Shown: one piece after another, positions 47,204 through 57,401 of the stretch
Position numbering within the stretch: the first letter of the stretch is position 1
How the letters are laid out: each line of letters opens with the position of its first letter
Origin: Fimbriimonadales bacterium
Lineage (GTDB): Bacteria > Armatimonadota > Fimbriimonadia > Fimbriimonadales > JABRVX01
Length of the DNA stretch: 64,000 nt
Assembly: GCA_045862955.1 (NCBI GenBank)
Contig: BTVI01000002.1
Coordinates: 1 to 64,000 of the forward strand
Direction: 5' to 3'
The notes under the pieces: generated by a model
The model's input: only the letters and a program-made list of their open reading frames with translations
Database searches by the model: none
What the model was told of the DNA's origin: nothing
Position numbers and translations under genes: made by a program

Positions 47204-49044
47204 TCCAGGTGGTACCTCACATTCGTAATGACGACGCGCTTGCGCTGTGACAGTGCGAGTTTGATGGGCACCGCGGCGTTATTGTGCAGCGCCCGATGCC
47301 ACCACTTCGCAGGCACCGCTTCCGGCACGATCACCGTGACCCAACGATCGGGGCTCTCCTTCAACGTCTCGTCCACGTATTCGATGATGGGGTCTACGAG
47401 CGAGCGGTACTGCGATTCGAGGATTACCAGCGGGATGCCGAAGTTGTAGCGCTCCCAGTCCCTCTTCAGTTCCTGTGTCTTCGCAGGATTTACGGACACG
47501 TGAAGCGCACGGCAGTCGAGACCGATAGAACGCGCGTAGTTCAGCGCGGCTATCGTACCTATGTGCAGCCTCGGAACGAGCACTATGGCCGTGGTCTGTC
47601 GCTGTGCCGGGACAGCGAAGTCCTGAAGCTGGAGCTGCTGCGTATGCCGCTCATAGTGGCGCCTAATCCGTGTGAACACCCACATCATGCCGGCGCCGAT
47701 TACGGGGATCATCCATGCGCCTTCGGTGAACTTGCTGACGACGAACACGATGCCCACGATCGTGGTTGCGACCGCTCCAAGCAGGTTCATCATCATCTTA
47801 GGCACGTTGCCACCGAGCCTCCGCCAGTGCGCGACCATGCCGAACTGCGACAAGGAGAACGTGATGAACACACTCCCGGCATAGAGGGGCAGCAAGCGGT
47901 TGGTCTCGCCGCCGAACGCGTAGATCAGGCCGATGGAGACCGCCGTCAGCAACACGATTCCCCAATGGAAGACCAGCCTGTCACCCAGGTTCGTTAGCTG
48001 CCGAGGCAGAAACCCGTCTCTAGCAATGAAACTGCACAACCGTGGGAAGTCGGCGAAGGCGGTGTTCGCTGCCAGAATCAGGATCACGACGGTTGCGGCC
48101 TGGATGACGTAGTAGAACCACGTCTTACCTGCGAGCCCCCTGGCAATCATCGAGAGGACCGTTTCGTATCCCGGAGTGCCTTCGTGGATCGGGATTACAT
48201 GCAGCTTGCTCGCGAGGAAGCTGGTCCCCACGAACAGGGTGATGGAGATGACCGCGAGCATCCGCAGCGTCCGTGCGGCGTTGATCGATTCCGGAGGACG
48301 GAACGCGGGAACTCCGTTCGCGATGGCCTCCACACCCGTCAGGGCCGTACATCCCGCAGAGTACGCCCTCAAGAGCATGAAGAACCCGATAGGCGTCACG
48401 GCAGTAGCAGCCGCTTGCTGCGTAGCGACTGGGTTCATCGGCTGGATGCCGCCAGTCACCACTTTCCACATGCCAAGACCGACCAGCGACAGCATACTCA
48501 GGACGAAAAGGTAAGTTGGCACGGCGAAGAACACGCCGCTCTCCCGAATGCCTCGAAGGTTTACGAGGGAGATCCCCAGAATCATGGCGGTTGCCAGGTG
48601 AGGACGCATGGGTTGGAGGTTAGGGAATGCCGAGATCATCGCTGCTACCGCAGCTGCCTCCGACACGGATACGGTCAACACGTAGCCGATTAGCAGCGCG
48701 GCACCGGCGACTCTGCCGGCACCCGACCCGAGGTTTTCCGACGCTACAATGTAGGACCCGCCGCCCGTGGGATAGGCAAGCACCGTCTGCGTGTACGAAG
48801 CAGCCACCACTGCTAGCAGAACCGCGATACCGGTGGAGATGGGAACTACCAGCGGAAGATGATGGATCGAGGCGGCGAGCAGGACCAGCATGATTGCCTC
48901 GGTAGCATACGCGACAGACGAGAGCGCGTCGGCGGCGAAAGTCGGCAGCGCAAATATGACGCTGAGGCGCTCGTGCCTGGCACGCTTCGAGGGAATCGGC
49001 GGGCCCTGAACGAGGCGAACTAGGCCGCGAATGAGGTTAGGCAT
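47200..49044 (-). CDS. APC family permease, KimA/YdaO-like
   Basis: ADALSSVAYATE, YPTGGGSY, NLRG, TGVEAIANG, ANTAFADFPRL, LYA; soluble C-terminal domain (SQYRSLVDP, LHNNAA). Confidence 0.87.
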   Translation of the reverse strand: MPNLIRGLVRLVQGPPIPSKRARHERLSVIFALPTFAADALSSVAYATEAIMLVLLAASIHHLPLVVPISTGIAVLLAVVAASYTQTVLAYPTGGGSYIVASENLGSGAGRVAGAALLIGYVLTVSVSEAAAVAAMISAFPNLQPMRPHLATAMILGISLVNLRGIRESGVFFAVPTYLFVLSMLSLVGLGMWKVVTGGIQPMNPVATQQAAATAVTPIGFFMLLRAYSAGCTALTGVEAIANGVPAFRPPESINAARTLRMLAVISITLFVGTSFLASKLHVIPIHEGTPGYETVLSMIARGLAGKTWFYYVIQAATVVILILAANTAFADFPRLCSFIARDGFLPRQLTNLGDRLVFHWGIVLLTAVSIGLIYAFGGETNRLLPLYAGSVFITFSLSQFGMVAHWRRLGGNVPKMMMNLLGAVATTIVGIVFVVSKFTEGAWMIPVIGAGMMWVFTRIRRHYERHTQQLQLQDFAVPAQRQTTAIVLVPRLHIGTIAALNYARSIGLDCRALHVSVNPAKTQELKRDWERYNFGIPLVILESQYRSLVDPIIEYVDETLKESPDRWVTVIVPEAVPAKWWHRALHNNAAVPIKLALSQRKRVVITNVRYHLE

Positions 49045-49075
49045 AGGCTGATCGCGTCGGGTGCTAGGCTCCTAC

Positions 49076-50248
49076 CTAGGATGCACCGAATACTCTGAGG
49101 CCTGCGATGTAGGTGGCCTCCACGCTAAGGTCCGGTCTAAGCAGCACGAAGTCTGCTCTCCGGCCGGCGGCCAAGACACCTATCTCCTCCTTCAAACCCA
49201 GCGATGTGGCAGGGGCAGTGCAACACATATCTACCGCCCGTTCCAGCCCCACCTCTCGTGCGGCGTTGCGTAGTGCGTCGTCCAGCGCTATGGTGGAGCC
49301 TGCGAGCGTACCATCGGACAGCCTGGCCGCGCCACTCGACACTGTCGCCGCCAGGCCCCACAGGTCGAACCGATAGCCATCGGGCATGCCAACGCCCGTC
49401 GTCCCGTCGGAAACGGCGATCACCCCAAGCGAATGCTTCGCCTCACACAATAGTCGGCAGGCTGCAGGGTGAACATGGATGTTGTCCCAAATCAGTTCTG
49501 CAACTAGCTCCGATCGTATGAGTGCCGCTCCTACCACCCCAGGCTCTCGGTGATGAAGCCCGCGCATCGCGTTGAAGCAGTGCGTGGCGCGACTCGCACC
49601 AGCTTCGATGGCGGCGCTGACTTGATCGTACGTCGCCGCGCTGTGCCCCACGGAGACGCGTATGCCGGCCTCGACGAGACTGCGACACGCGTCCAGAGCC
49701 CCTGGCAACTCGGGTGCTAGAGTCACGACCCTCAGTTCACCCATTAGCTCCCCGAGCGCGGCTTCCATCTCCGAGAAATTCGGTGGACGAATGTGATCGG
49801 CATTCTGAGCGCCTTTGTACTGGGGGCTCAAGAAGGGCCCCTCTAGATGGCATCCGAGCACCCGCGCCCCCTCGCTCGGGTGCCTGCGCACTTGGGCAGC
49901 CGCCTGAACTGCGGCTTTGATGGAGGCCCATGGTGCGGTAAGCGGCGTCACCAGAAAAGCCGTCACACCTCGCGAAGGCAAGAGCGCGGCGTGACGGCGA
50001 ATGGTTTCTTCATTCCCGTCCATCTGATCGAGTCCGAATCCGCCGTGCACGTGTGTGTCTATGAGCCCCGGCGCAACGAGGAGGTCGCGGGCGTCCACGT
50101 CCTGCGGGCCGGGCTCTTCTCCGGCTGCGGGAGCGCGGACCGAGGCGATCCGGCCTTCTTCTATCTCGATCACCGTCGCCGATGGCTCCGCCACACTCCC
50201 CAGCAGACGCCCTGCGAACACCCGGAACGGACCTACGCTCTCAGGCAA
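49076..50248 (-). CDS. nagA: N-acetylglucosamine-6-phosphate deacetylase
   Basis: DTHVHG, HLEGPF, TLAPE, GHS, THCFNAM, HVHP, LAGS. Start estimated at TTG 50248, overlapping the end of dprA. Confidence 0.92.
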   Translation of the reverse strand: MPESVGPFRVFAGRLLGSVAEPSATVIEIEEGRIASVRAPAAGEEPGPQDVDARDLLVAPGLIDTHVHGGFGLDQMDGNEETIRRHAALLPSRGVTAFLVTPLTAPWASIKAAVQAAAQVRRHPSEGARVLGCHLEGPFLSPQYKGAQNADHIRPPNFSEMEAALGELMGELRVVTLAPELPGALDACRSLVEAGIRVSVGHSAATYDQVSAAIEAGASRATHCFNAMRGLHHREPGVVGAALIRSELVAELIWDNIHVHPAACRLLCEAKHSLGVIAVSDGTTGVGMPDGYRFDLWGLAATVSSGAARLSDGTLAGSTIALDDALRNAAREVGLERAVDMCCTAPATSLGLKEEIGVLAAGRRADFVLLRPDLSVEATYIAGLRVFGAS

Positions 50249-51339
50249 AACGTACCCCCAGCCGCCCGCGTCAGTCTTCCGGACAACTCCAACAGCGTCA
50301 AGTCGGCTGCAACCTCCGGCAACGGCCTGCCTACCATGCGAGCGATCTCGTCTAACTTCTTCGGCACGGTCTCCAGCAAAGTGAGAAGACGTTCCTGTTC
50401 TGCGGAAACAGCTGGCTCCGCCTCCTCCTCGGCGGGGGTCACCTCTCGACCCAGGTCTTCGACAACGTGGAGGGGCGAAGTTACAAGAGTAGCCCCGAGT
50501 CGAAGGAGGTCGTGATTGCCTGCGAAGGAAGGCGCGTGGTAAGGCCCGGGTACCACGAAGACTTGGCGCGAGTCTTCGTTGGCGAAGTTGGCCGTTGCGA
50601 GCGCGTGGCTCTCCCGAGGGCACTCGATCACTACCACCGCTTCGCAAAGCGCGGCGATGAAGCGATTGCGCCTCGGGTAGGTGCCCGCCATGGGCCGGGT
50701 GCCGAAGGGGAACTGCGACAGGATCGCTCCCCTCTCCACGACGGCTCGGTACATTCGCGCGTGGTCCTCTGGATAGCAAATGTCGAGCCCGCATGGCAGA
50801 ACGACGATGCAGCGCCCACCGGCATCCAGCGCGGCGCGCGTGGCCATCGCTTCGATGCCGTAGCTCCCCCCCGTAACAATGACCGCTCCCATGCGACCCA
50901 GCTCTCGTGCGAAGAACTCGGCTGCGGACAGGCCGTAGGGTGTTGCGCTTCGCGTACCGATGATAGCAACCGTGAGTGCCCCGACTTCAGGCAGCACCCC
51001 GCGCACATAGAACGCTGTGGGCACCCCCTTCGCGTGACGTAGTAGCTCCGGATAGTCTGGCTGCACCTCGCGGCATACACTCACATCCGGGTCGGCCAGC
51101 AGTTCACGCTCTCGATTCTCGAGGGTCTCCCACGTTCGCAGCCGGCGCTTCTCGCTTTCCGAGCAGCCCGCACGAGCCCAAGCCGACTCACCTGCCGCAA
51201 AGACTGCGCTCGGCGAACCATGGGTGTCTAGCATGGACCGTGCACGGACAGATGCGACGTCCGCCCGAATCCAGCGATGCCACTCGAAATCGGCTTCGGT
51301 CGGCCCCTGCTGCAGGTCGAAGAGGTTAGCCGCCGCCAC
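50233..51339 (-). CDS. dprA: DNA-processing protein DprA
   Basis: DYPELL, VAIIGTRSATPYG, YPRRNRFIAAL, VFVVPG, C-terminal LTLLELSG winged helix. Start estimated at GTG 51339. Confidence 0.9.
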   Translation of the reverse strand: MAAANLFDLQQGPTEADFEWHRWIRADVASVRARSMLDTHGSPSAVFAAGESAWARAGCSESEKRRLRTWETLENRERELLADPDVSVCREVQPDYPELLRHAKGVPTAFYVRGVLPEVGALTVAIIGTRSATPYGLSAAEFFARELGRMGAVIVTGGSYGIEAMATRAALDAGGRCIVVLPCGLDICYPEDHARMYRAVVERGAILSQFPFGTRPMAGTYPRRNRFIAALCEAVVVIECPRESHALATANFANEDSRQVFVVPGPYHAPSFAGNHDLLRLGATLVTSPLHVVEDLGREVTPAEEEAEPAVSAEQERLLTLLETVPKKLDEIARMVGRPLPEVAADLTLLELSGRLTRAAGGTFCLRA

Positions 51340-52918
51340 CCTCGTGCGTGCGCCCGCCTCGTCCGCCCCCACCGCCGAGGTCATCCGTGCCGCGGGACTT
51401 GGGGATGCCGGGTTGTAGCGAGTTGTCAATGGTGACATCCCACTTTCTCGACAGGACGTTTCCCATCCAGTCTCGCGCCCTGATCTCGAAAGAGTGCCTG
51501 CCGTCTGACAACGGCCTCACCAGATCCTCTGATCGCATCTGGTAGAGCACGATACCCTTGAGCGGGTCGAAGAGAGGAGTGTCGCCGCTAGGCTTCAGCG
51601 GCTCGCCGTCTAACAGCAGCTCTACGCTGTCCTCGACGATGCCTGAGCCGAGGTCCTCCAAGCCCACCTGCACGTACAGGGGAGGCCGACCCGAGATCAT
51701 GTCGCCAGGCGCTGGTACCAGGTGCAGCACGTTGGGTGGAGTGAGGTCCACGGCATCCTTGGCGCTGAAAGCGAATAGCTGGCCGTATTCGGTTAGTACC
51801 AACAGGGTCTCGCTCGCGACGGTGGGTTCTGAGGAGATGCTGGACCATGTCGGGGTGCGGGTGGTACCGCCGCTAGACACGCGCAGTCCCGGAGGCGGTT
51901 TCAGTAGGTAGGCCCACAGCGTCGCACCAGACCCGCTATCCAGGCCATAGACGAGGCCACGGCGCAATGGCAATACTAGTGTGTCGCCTGCGATAGTGGG
52001 GGACGCCTCGAGCGGATAGGGCATTGCAACCGGCTTTTGCCATGATTGCCTGCCGCTCATATCGAACGCGAATACCTTTCCGTCCTCGGTGGCAGTGTAC
52101 ACGTGTCGGCCGTCGGATGCCGGTGAGAGTGCCGCAGCACCACCGAGGGCCTTGGACCACCTCGTCCGTCCATTGGCAGGGTTCAACGCGACGAGCGAAT
52201 TCCCAGAGTTCACGAACATGTATTCGCCAGAGACGGCGAGATAGGCGCCGCGAGACAGTCCCGTAAGCCGCTGGCGATAGCGTGCCTTACCGGTCGGAGG
52301 GGTAATCCCGTGGATCACACCTTCTTCCGATAGCGCCAGCAAATTGCCCTCTGCCACGCACAGCGGACCTTGGATAGCGGCCCCCGCGTTGTAAGGCTCG
52401 GTCCACACTGGACTGCCCGACTTGCCGTCTAACGCGAACACACGTCCGTCGTTCGTCCCGATGTAAACGACGCCATTCGCATAAGTCGGTGGCGTCGTAA
52501 TGGACACGCGAGCGTTGAACTGCCATACCAACCTGCCTGCGTCTGCTGACAGCACGTAAAGAGAGCCGTCGGACGCTGCACAGAACACTAGCCCATCACC
52601 AACGGCGGGGGTCAGCCGAAAACTGGCAGGGCTCTTTTGTCCAGCAGGGTACTCCCAAATGACAGCTCCATCCGCGAGCCGCAGTGCGGTTATCCGCCCC
52701 CCGAGGCCGACGTATACGACTCCATCAACGACGACAGGCGAGGCGAGCGTCTTGGTTCCCGACTCTCCGAGCCACTGCCACTTGAGCGCTGCGGGCACCG
52801 TCAACGCGCTCGCCGCCCCTGAATGCTCCGGCCCGCCCCGGTGCATGGGCGACTCGGCAGCCGCACAGACTGCGAAGAGTATGGGAAGCGCAATAAGTGC
52901 GGGCGTCTTTGTCCTCAT
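51326..52918 (-). CDS. Secreted PQQ-like beta-propeller repeat protein (BamB-like) with C-terminal Ig-like domain
   Basis: Signal peptide; repeated P-x-V-x-x-G-x-VY...DG-x-x-x-A-L...G-x-x-x-W motifs; DGRHSFEIRARDWMGN. Confidence 0.83.
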   Translation of the reverse strand: MRTKTPALIALPILFAVCAAAESPMHRGGPEHSGAASALTVPAALKWQWLGESGTKTLASPVVVDGVVYVGLGGRITALRLADGAVIWEYPAGQKSPASFRLTPAVGDGLVFCAASDGSLYVLSADAGRLVWQFNARVSITTPPTYANGVVYIGTNDGRVFALDGKSGSPVWTEPYNAGAAIQGPLCVAEGNLLALSEEGVIHGITPPTGKARYRQRLTGLSRGAYLAVSGEYMFVNSGNSLVALNPANGRTRWSKALGGAAALSPASDGRHVYTATEDGKVFAFDMSGRQSWQKPVAMPYPLEASPTIAGDTLVLPLRRGLVYGLDSGSGATLWAYLLKPPPGLRVSSGGTTRTPTWSSISSEPTVASETLLVLTEYGQLFAFSAKDAVDLTPPNVLHLVPAPGDMISGRPPLYVQVGLEDLGSGIVEDSVELLLDGEPLKPSGDTPLFDPLKGIVLYQMRSEDLVRPLSDGRHSFEIRARDWMGNVLSRKWDVTIDNSLQPGIPKSRGTDDLGGGGGRGGRTHEGGGG

Positions 52919-53259
52919 ATTCAGCCGACCTCTCTTTGAACTGCTGTGCCGCGTCTGACGAGTAAGTATAGATGCTCGTCCGACTGCGTGTCAAAACGCG
53001 TGCGGGCTTCCTTCAATACGCTTTCCTGCTGCTCCATCGTTCATCTTCGGGGTCGGTAACGCACTACCTGCTCGGGACCGAAAAGGTTGGCCGCTGTATC
53101 GCCCAGCTCCCGAGACCCCCGCAAATTACCTGTTGCCGTGGTGCGGAATTCGGTGTATACTAGGCTTGACGTCTATCGGCGTCGGACCGTATTTGTGACG
53201 GATTCGTGTTTTGATTGACCGGTCCGCCGCTCGGAGGGGCTTCATGAAGGAGCCTCGGA

Positions 53260-53970
53260 GTGGGCCGGAATGAAATGGGTGGTAAACCGTTGAACCGATT
53301 GGTTGGTTTGTGCCTGGGTGGGCTGGCCGTGCTGATTCCCGTCAGCGCGCATGCCTATTTGGCTGACCTATATTTCCGGAACCTCGAGACGGGCGTTCGT
53401 AGCTTCGTTACGCCTGTCCAGCCCGGAGATAGGGTCGCCATCAGCTTCGACTTTTCCACTGGCACGGATGAAGCGTGGACGGAACTTTCCGGGTTCATCA
53501 ATTTCCAGGGTTCCAGTATCGTGACTTGGGCGGTCGCGCAGCAGATCGTTCAGTACATCCGCGACTTCCACGACATCCCCGGGCTCCCGTACACCACCTT
53601 CGTGTATGGGCCAGGTGAGGTGCGAAACGACAAGTTCGATCCGGGCCGGCAGAGCGCCACTTTCATCACGTCCGCAGGGCTCTACTGGCGGATGAACATC
53701 AACCCGAACGAATACCAAGCGAAGCACGGCTTCAACCGGATTGCCGAGTTCACGGTGCCTCTAGATGCACAAATAGGGGAAACGCTCGAGTTCGGCCGTC
53801 GCAATCTGCTCGGCACGAACGATGTCTCGTCACGGATCATCGACTCGGCCAATCGCCGAGATGGCCTGCAGTTCAACCGAATCATCGTGGTGCCGGAACC
53901 TGCAGGCGTTGCCAGTTTGCTCTTCGGCATCTGGGCTCTTGCTGCGCTAGGTAGACGAAAGCGAGAATAG
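53260..53970 (+). CDS. PEP-CTERM sorting domain protein
   Basis: AAGGAG RBS; signal peptide ending AHA; C-terminal VPEPAGVASLLFGIWALAALGRRKRE. Confidence 0.88.
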   Translation: MGRNEMGGKPLNRLVGLCLGGLAVLIPVSAHAYLADLYFRNLETGVRSFVTPVQPGDRVAISFDFSTGTDEAWTELSGFINFQGSSIVTWAVAQQIVQYIRDFHDIPGLPYTTFVYGPGEVRNDKFDPGRQSATFITSAGLYWRMNINPNEYQAKHGFNRIAEFTVPLDAQIGETLEFGRRNLLGTNDVSSRIIDSANRRDGLQFNRIIVVPEPAGVASLLFGIWALAALGRRKRE

Positions 53971-54009
53971 GGTTCTCCAGGCTTGCAGCATCCACGTCCT
54001 TGCTGCTCA

Positions 54010-54035
54010 CGGCCCCGGCCACTCGGCCGGGGCCG
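54010..54035 (+). terminator. Hairpin downstream of the PEP-CTERM gene
   Basis: CGGCCCCGGCC-ACTC-GGCCGGGGCCG, 11-bp stem. Confidence 0.45.
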
Positions 54036-54123
54036 ATGCCTTTGGGATCCGCCGGGGCCGCCGGGTTGTGCCAGAATCCGTCGGGCTCCGTGCGCGGCAG
54101 CCCTTAGAACAGGGAGGGTGAGC

Positions 54124-55047
54124 ATGAAGGTTTCCATCATCGGCGGCGGTGGTCGTGTAGGCTCGAACGCCGCCTTCGCACTGCAGCAGGGGCGCGTCGT
54201 CCGTGAGATCGTGATTGTGGATGCGGCTCAGGACATGGCGGCAGGTGAGGCGCTCGATCTTCGGCACGGTGCGTCGCTTTCGGCACCTCAGATCATTCGG
54301 GCAGGGGGATACGAAGCGGTTGCTGGGTCGGACTGCGTGGTTATCACTGCTGGACTGCGCCGCAAGCCCGACGAATCTCGGCTCGACCTGATCAACCGAA
54401 ATGTAGCGCTTTTCGGCGAAATCTTGGACAGTTTGATGTCTGTGGAGTTGGCTCAGGGGGCGTGCATCTTGGTGGTGTCCAACCCGGTCGACATCCTCAC
54501 GCAGCTCGCATTCACAAAGACCAAGATGGATCGGTCGAAGGTTTTCGGATTGGGCACCGTGCTCGATACGTGCCGGTTTCGCTCCTTCCTCGGCGAGTTC
54601 TTCAACGTTGCCGCCACCGATGTGAAGGCTCTGATCCTCGGCGAGCACGGCGACTCCATGGTGCCGATATGGAGCAGCGCTACCATCAACGGTGTGGCGT
54701 TGAGCAGCTTCCCGGGATATTCGCCGCAGAAGATGAATGAGATTTTCGATATGACGAAAACCAGCGGTGCTGAGGTGATCCGCCAGAAGGGGGGCGCAGG
54801 CTGGGCCGTAGGCGTGTCCATCCGCGAGGTGGTAGAGGCGGTGGCGCTAAACAAGCGTGCGGTCTTGCCCATCTCCGTGTATCAGGAGGGTGTACTGGGG
54901 ATCCGGGACGTCTGTCTTTCACTTCCCACGATCGTGGACCGGAGCGGAGCAGCGGCAGTGATCGAGCCTGTGGTGAGCGACAGCGAGCGGGAGCTGCTAC
55001 TGAAATCCGCGGAGTCCCTCCGGGAAGTTCTGGGCAAGGTGCTGTAG
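54124..55047 (+). CDS. Lactate/malate dehydrogenase family enzyme
   Basis: IIGGGGRVG, ITAGLRRKPDESRLDL, SNPVD, GTVLDTCRF, LGEHGDS; GGGAGG RBS before the ATG at 54124. Confidence 0.92.
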   Translation: MKVSIIGGGGRVGSNAAFALQQGRVVREIVIVDAAQDMAAGEALDLRHGASLSAPQIIRAGGYEAVAGSDCVVITAGLRRKPDESRLDLINRNVALFGEILDSLMSVELAQGACILVVSNPVDILTQLAFTKTKMDRSKVFGLGTVLDTCRFRSFLGEFFNVAATDVKALILGEHGDSMVPIWSSATINGVALSSFPGYSPQKMNEIFDMTKTSGAEVIRQKGGAGWAVGVSIREVVEAVALNKRAVLPISVYQEGVLGIRDVCLSLPTIVDRSGAAAVIEPVVSDSERELLLKSAESLREVLGKVL

Positions 55048-55222
55048 GTCTCGCGACATTCCGGTCTTGGTGCTGCGCATCTGCCCGATTGGCGTCTCAA
55101 CTGTCTATCCCTCACCCTATCGCTGTGGCGAGGGAAGAGCGCTTTACTAGCTAACCCTTGCCACGGGCACTAATGGGGGCTTGGTATGAGACCCGCCTAG
55201 CGAGTCGCAGTTACTGCGCTCC

Positions 55223-55888
55223 ATCATGCTGAGCCTGCCGTCATGCGTAGTGCGGGGTCATGCTGAGCTTGTCGTCATGCGTACTGCGTGGACATGCTTG
55301 GGCTGCCGTCAGGCGTAGTGCGTGGTCATGCTTAGCCTTTCGTCATGCTGAGCTTGTCGAAGCATGCGGCCGACTGCCGCGCGAACTCTGTTTGATGTGC
55401 CACACCTATACCCGGTCGCCTGGCTCGAAGATCTCAGCAGGAAGGTGCCGGCTGGTGGTTCTTACGCCTATCCCTCACCACTCGCAGAGGATGGGTCGCT
55501 AGCTCCGTCATGCTGCGCCAGTCGTCATGCGTAGTGCGGGGTCATGCGTGGGCTGCCGTCATGCTGAGCTTGCCGAAGCATGCGGCCGACTGCCACCATG
55601 GCAGGGTCAGTCGTGTACATGCGACTTGCGATGCCATGCTTCGACAGGCTCAGCATGACGGCGCTCGGGGGTCCGCTAGGGGATGTGGCCTCATGCTTCG
55701 ACAGGCTCACCATGACGGTGCTCGGGGGTCCGCTAGGGGATGCGGCCTCATGCTTCGCCAGGCTCAGCATGACGGCGCTCGGGGGCGCGCCGAGGGATGC
55801 GGCCTCGTGCTTCGCCAGGCTCAGCATGACGGCGCTTGGGGGTCCGCTAGGGGATGCGGCCTCATGCTTCGACAGGCTCAGCATGACG
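55223..55888. repeat. REP cluster 4
   Basis: 17-bp tandem run from 55223; forward REPs at 55341 and 55557; reverse REPs at 55635, 55692, 55749, 55806 and 55863 (exact 57-bp period). Confidence 0.93.
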
Positions 55889-55909
55889 ATATTGGCTAGC
55901 GACCCCTAC

Positions 55910-57220
55910 CTACGCTTGCAGGTCCATCGTGCCAGCGAGGTACGACTCGTACGCAGACAGGTCGAAGTGGCCGTGGCCCGAGAGGTTGAATGCGATCACC
56001 CACGGCTCACCCGCTTCCTTGGCACGCAGCGCGTGAAGGATAGCGGAGTGAACTGCGTGTGCAGATTCGGGCGCGGGAATCGTTCCCTCGCAACGCGCGA
56101 AGGTGATGGCGCTCTGGAACACCTCGCCCTGGTGGTAAGCCTCCGCCTCGATCACCCCCTCTGCCAGTAGGTGGCTGACAAGCGGCGCAGAGCCGTGATA
56201 GCGCAGGCCGCCTGCGTGCACGGGAGGCGGGATGAACTTGTGCCCGAGCGTGTGCATCATGATGAGCGGTGTGGTCTCGGCAGTGTCGCCGAAATCGTAT
56301 TCGCGCTTGCCGCCTGTTAGCGTCGGACAAGCGGAAGGCTCCACGGCGATGATGCGCGTCCTGGTCTTCCCCGACTTGATCTTGTCATGCGCGAAGGGGA
56401 TCGCGAAACCGCCGAAGTTGCTGCCTCCGCCGTGACAAGCTATCACGTAATCAGGATATTCTCCCGCGATCTCCATCTGCTTCCTTGCCTCCAGGCCTAT
56501 CACCGTCTGGTGCAGTAACACATGATTGAGAACGCTGCCAAGCGAGTAGTTGGTATCATCACGCCCAGCTGCATCCTCGACGGCTTCCGAGATCGCGATG
56601 CCTAGCGAGCCAGGTGAGTCCGGATGCTCGGCGAGGATCCTGCGGCCAGCGTTCGTCAACTCGGACGGACTGGCTACGATCTCAGCCCCGTAGGTCTTCA
56701 TCATGATACGGCGGTACGGCTTCTGATCATAGCTGACACGTACCATGTACACCATGCACTCGAGACCCATCAGGCGGCAGGCGCAGGACAGCGCCGAGCC
56801 CCACTGACCGGCGCCCGTCTCCGTTGCTAGTCTCTTGATGCCGGCTTCGCGGTTGTAATATGCTTGCACCAGAGCGGTGTTCAGTTTGTGGCTGCCCACC
56901 GGGCTGTGGTGCTCGGACTTGTAGTAGATGTGTGCAGGGGTGTCGAGCGCCTCTTCCAGTGCACGCGCGCGGAACAGCGGAGTGGGCCGGTACAGCCGAT
57001 AGATGTCACGCACCTCGTCCGGAATCTCGATCCATCTCTCCGGCGACATCTCTTGTTGAATGAGCTCCATCGGAAAGATGGCCGCCAGGTCCTGTGGTCC
57101 GATGGGCTGCTTAGTGCCCGGATGTAACGGGGGCGGCAAGGGACTCGGCAGGTCCGGCAGGATGTTGTAGAAGTGCGAAGGGATCTCGGATTCGGGAAGC
57201 GTGATCTTGGTGTCGGTCAT
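55910..57220 (-). CDS. trpB2: TrpB-like PLP-dependent enzyme (tryptophan synthase beta, TrpB2 type)
   Basis: GSHKLN PLP lysine, [35 protein letters not shown]; no trpA adjacent. Confidence 0.92.
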   Translation of the reverse strand: MTDTKITLPESEIPSHFYNILPDLPSPLPPPLHPGTKQPIGPQDLAAIFPMELIQQEMSPERWIEIPDEVRDIYRLYRPTPLFRARALEEALDTPAHIYYKSEHHSPVGSHKLNTALVQAYYNREAGIKRLATETGAGQWGSALSCACRLMGLECMVYMVRVSYDQKPYRRIMMKTYGAEIVASPSELTNAGRRILAEHPDSPGSLGIAISEAVEDAAGRDDTNYSLGSVLNHVLLHQTVIGLEARKQMEIAGEYPDYVIACHGGGSNFGGFAIPFAHDKIKSGKTRTRIIAVEPSACPTLTGGKREYDFGDTAETTPLIMMHTLGHKFIPPPVHAGGLRYHGSAPLVSHLLAEGVIEAEAYHQGEVFQSAITFARCEGTIPAPESAHAVHSAILHALRAKEAGEPWVIAFNLSGHGHFDLSAYESYLAGTMDLQA

Positions 57221-57401
57221 GGTTCGGCTATCCTCGGTTCTGGTTCTCGTGGGGCCGACCGGGGCCCGCAAATGATATTGTCGGCGATTCTTGCACATGC
57301 GGGACCACGGCCGGTCCCCGAGAACGGCCCAGGACGGCGGAAGGTGCGGAACGCCGCAAAGTCGTACCGGTTGAGGAACAGGCACTTCAGGAGAAGGGAA
57401 G

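Noticed and set aside
50249..50794. Long N-terminal extension of NagA in the ORF track
   Set aside because: Overlaps dprA in another frame and is low-complexity; similar spurious extensions were trimmed for GH20, galK, the LDH/MDH gene, trpB2 and luxR.
41175..51339. Pilin cluster plus dprA as one competence locus
   Set aside because: They are on opposite strands and separated by unrelated genes; no comEA, comEC or pilus ATPase is in the window, so the link cannot be supported.
55635..55888. CRISPR array (26-bp repeat with 31-bp spacers); likewise 20960-21260 and 8578-8717
   Set aside because: Spacers are near-copies of each other, the repeat occurs in both orientations at four loci, and no cas genes are in the window.
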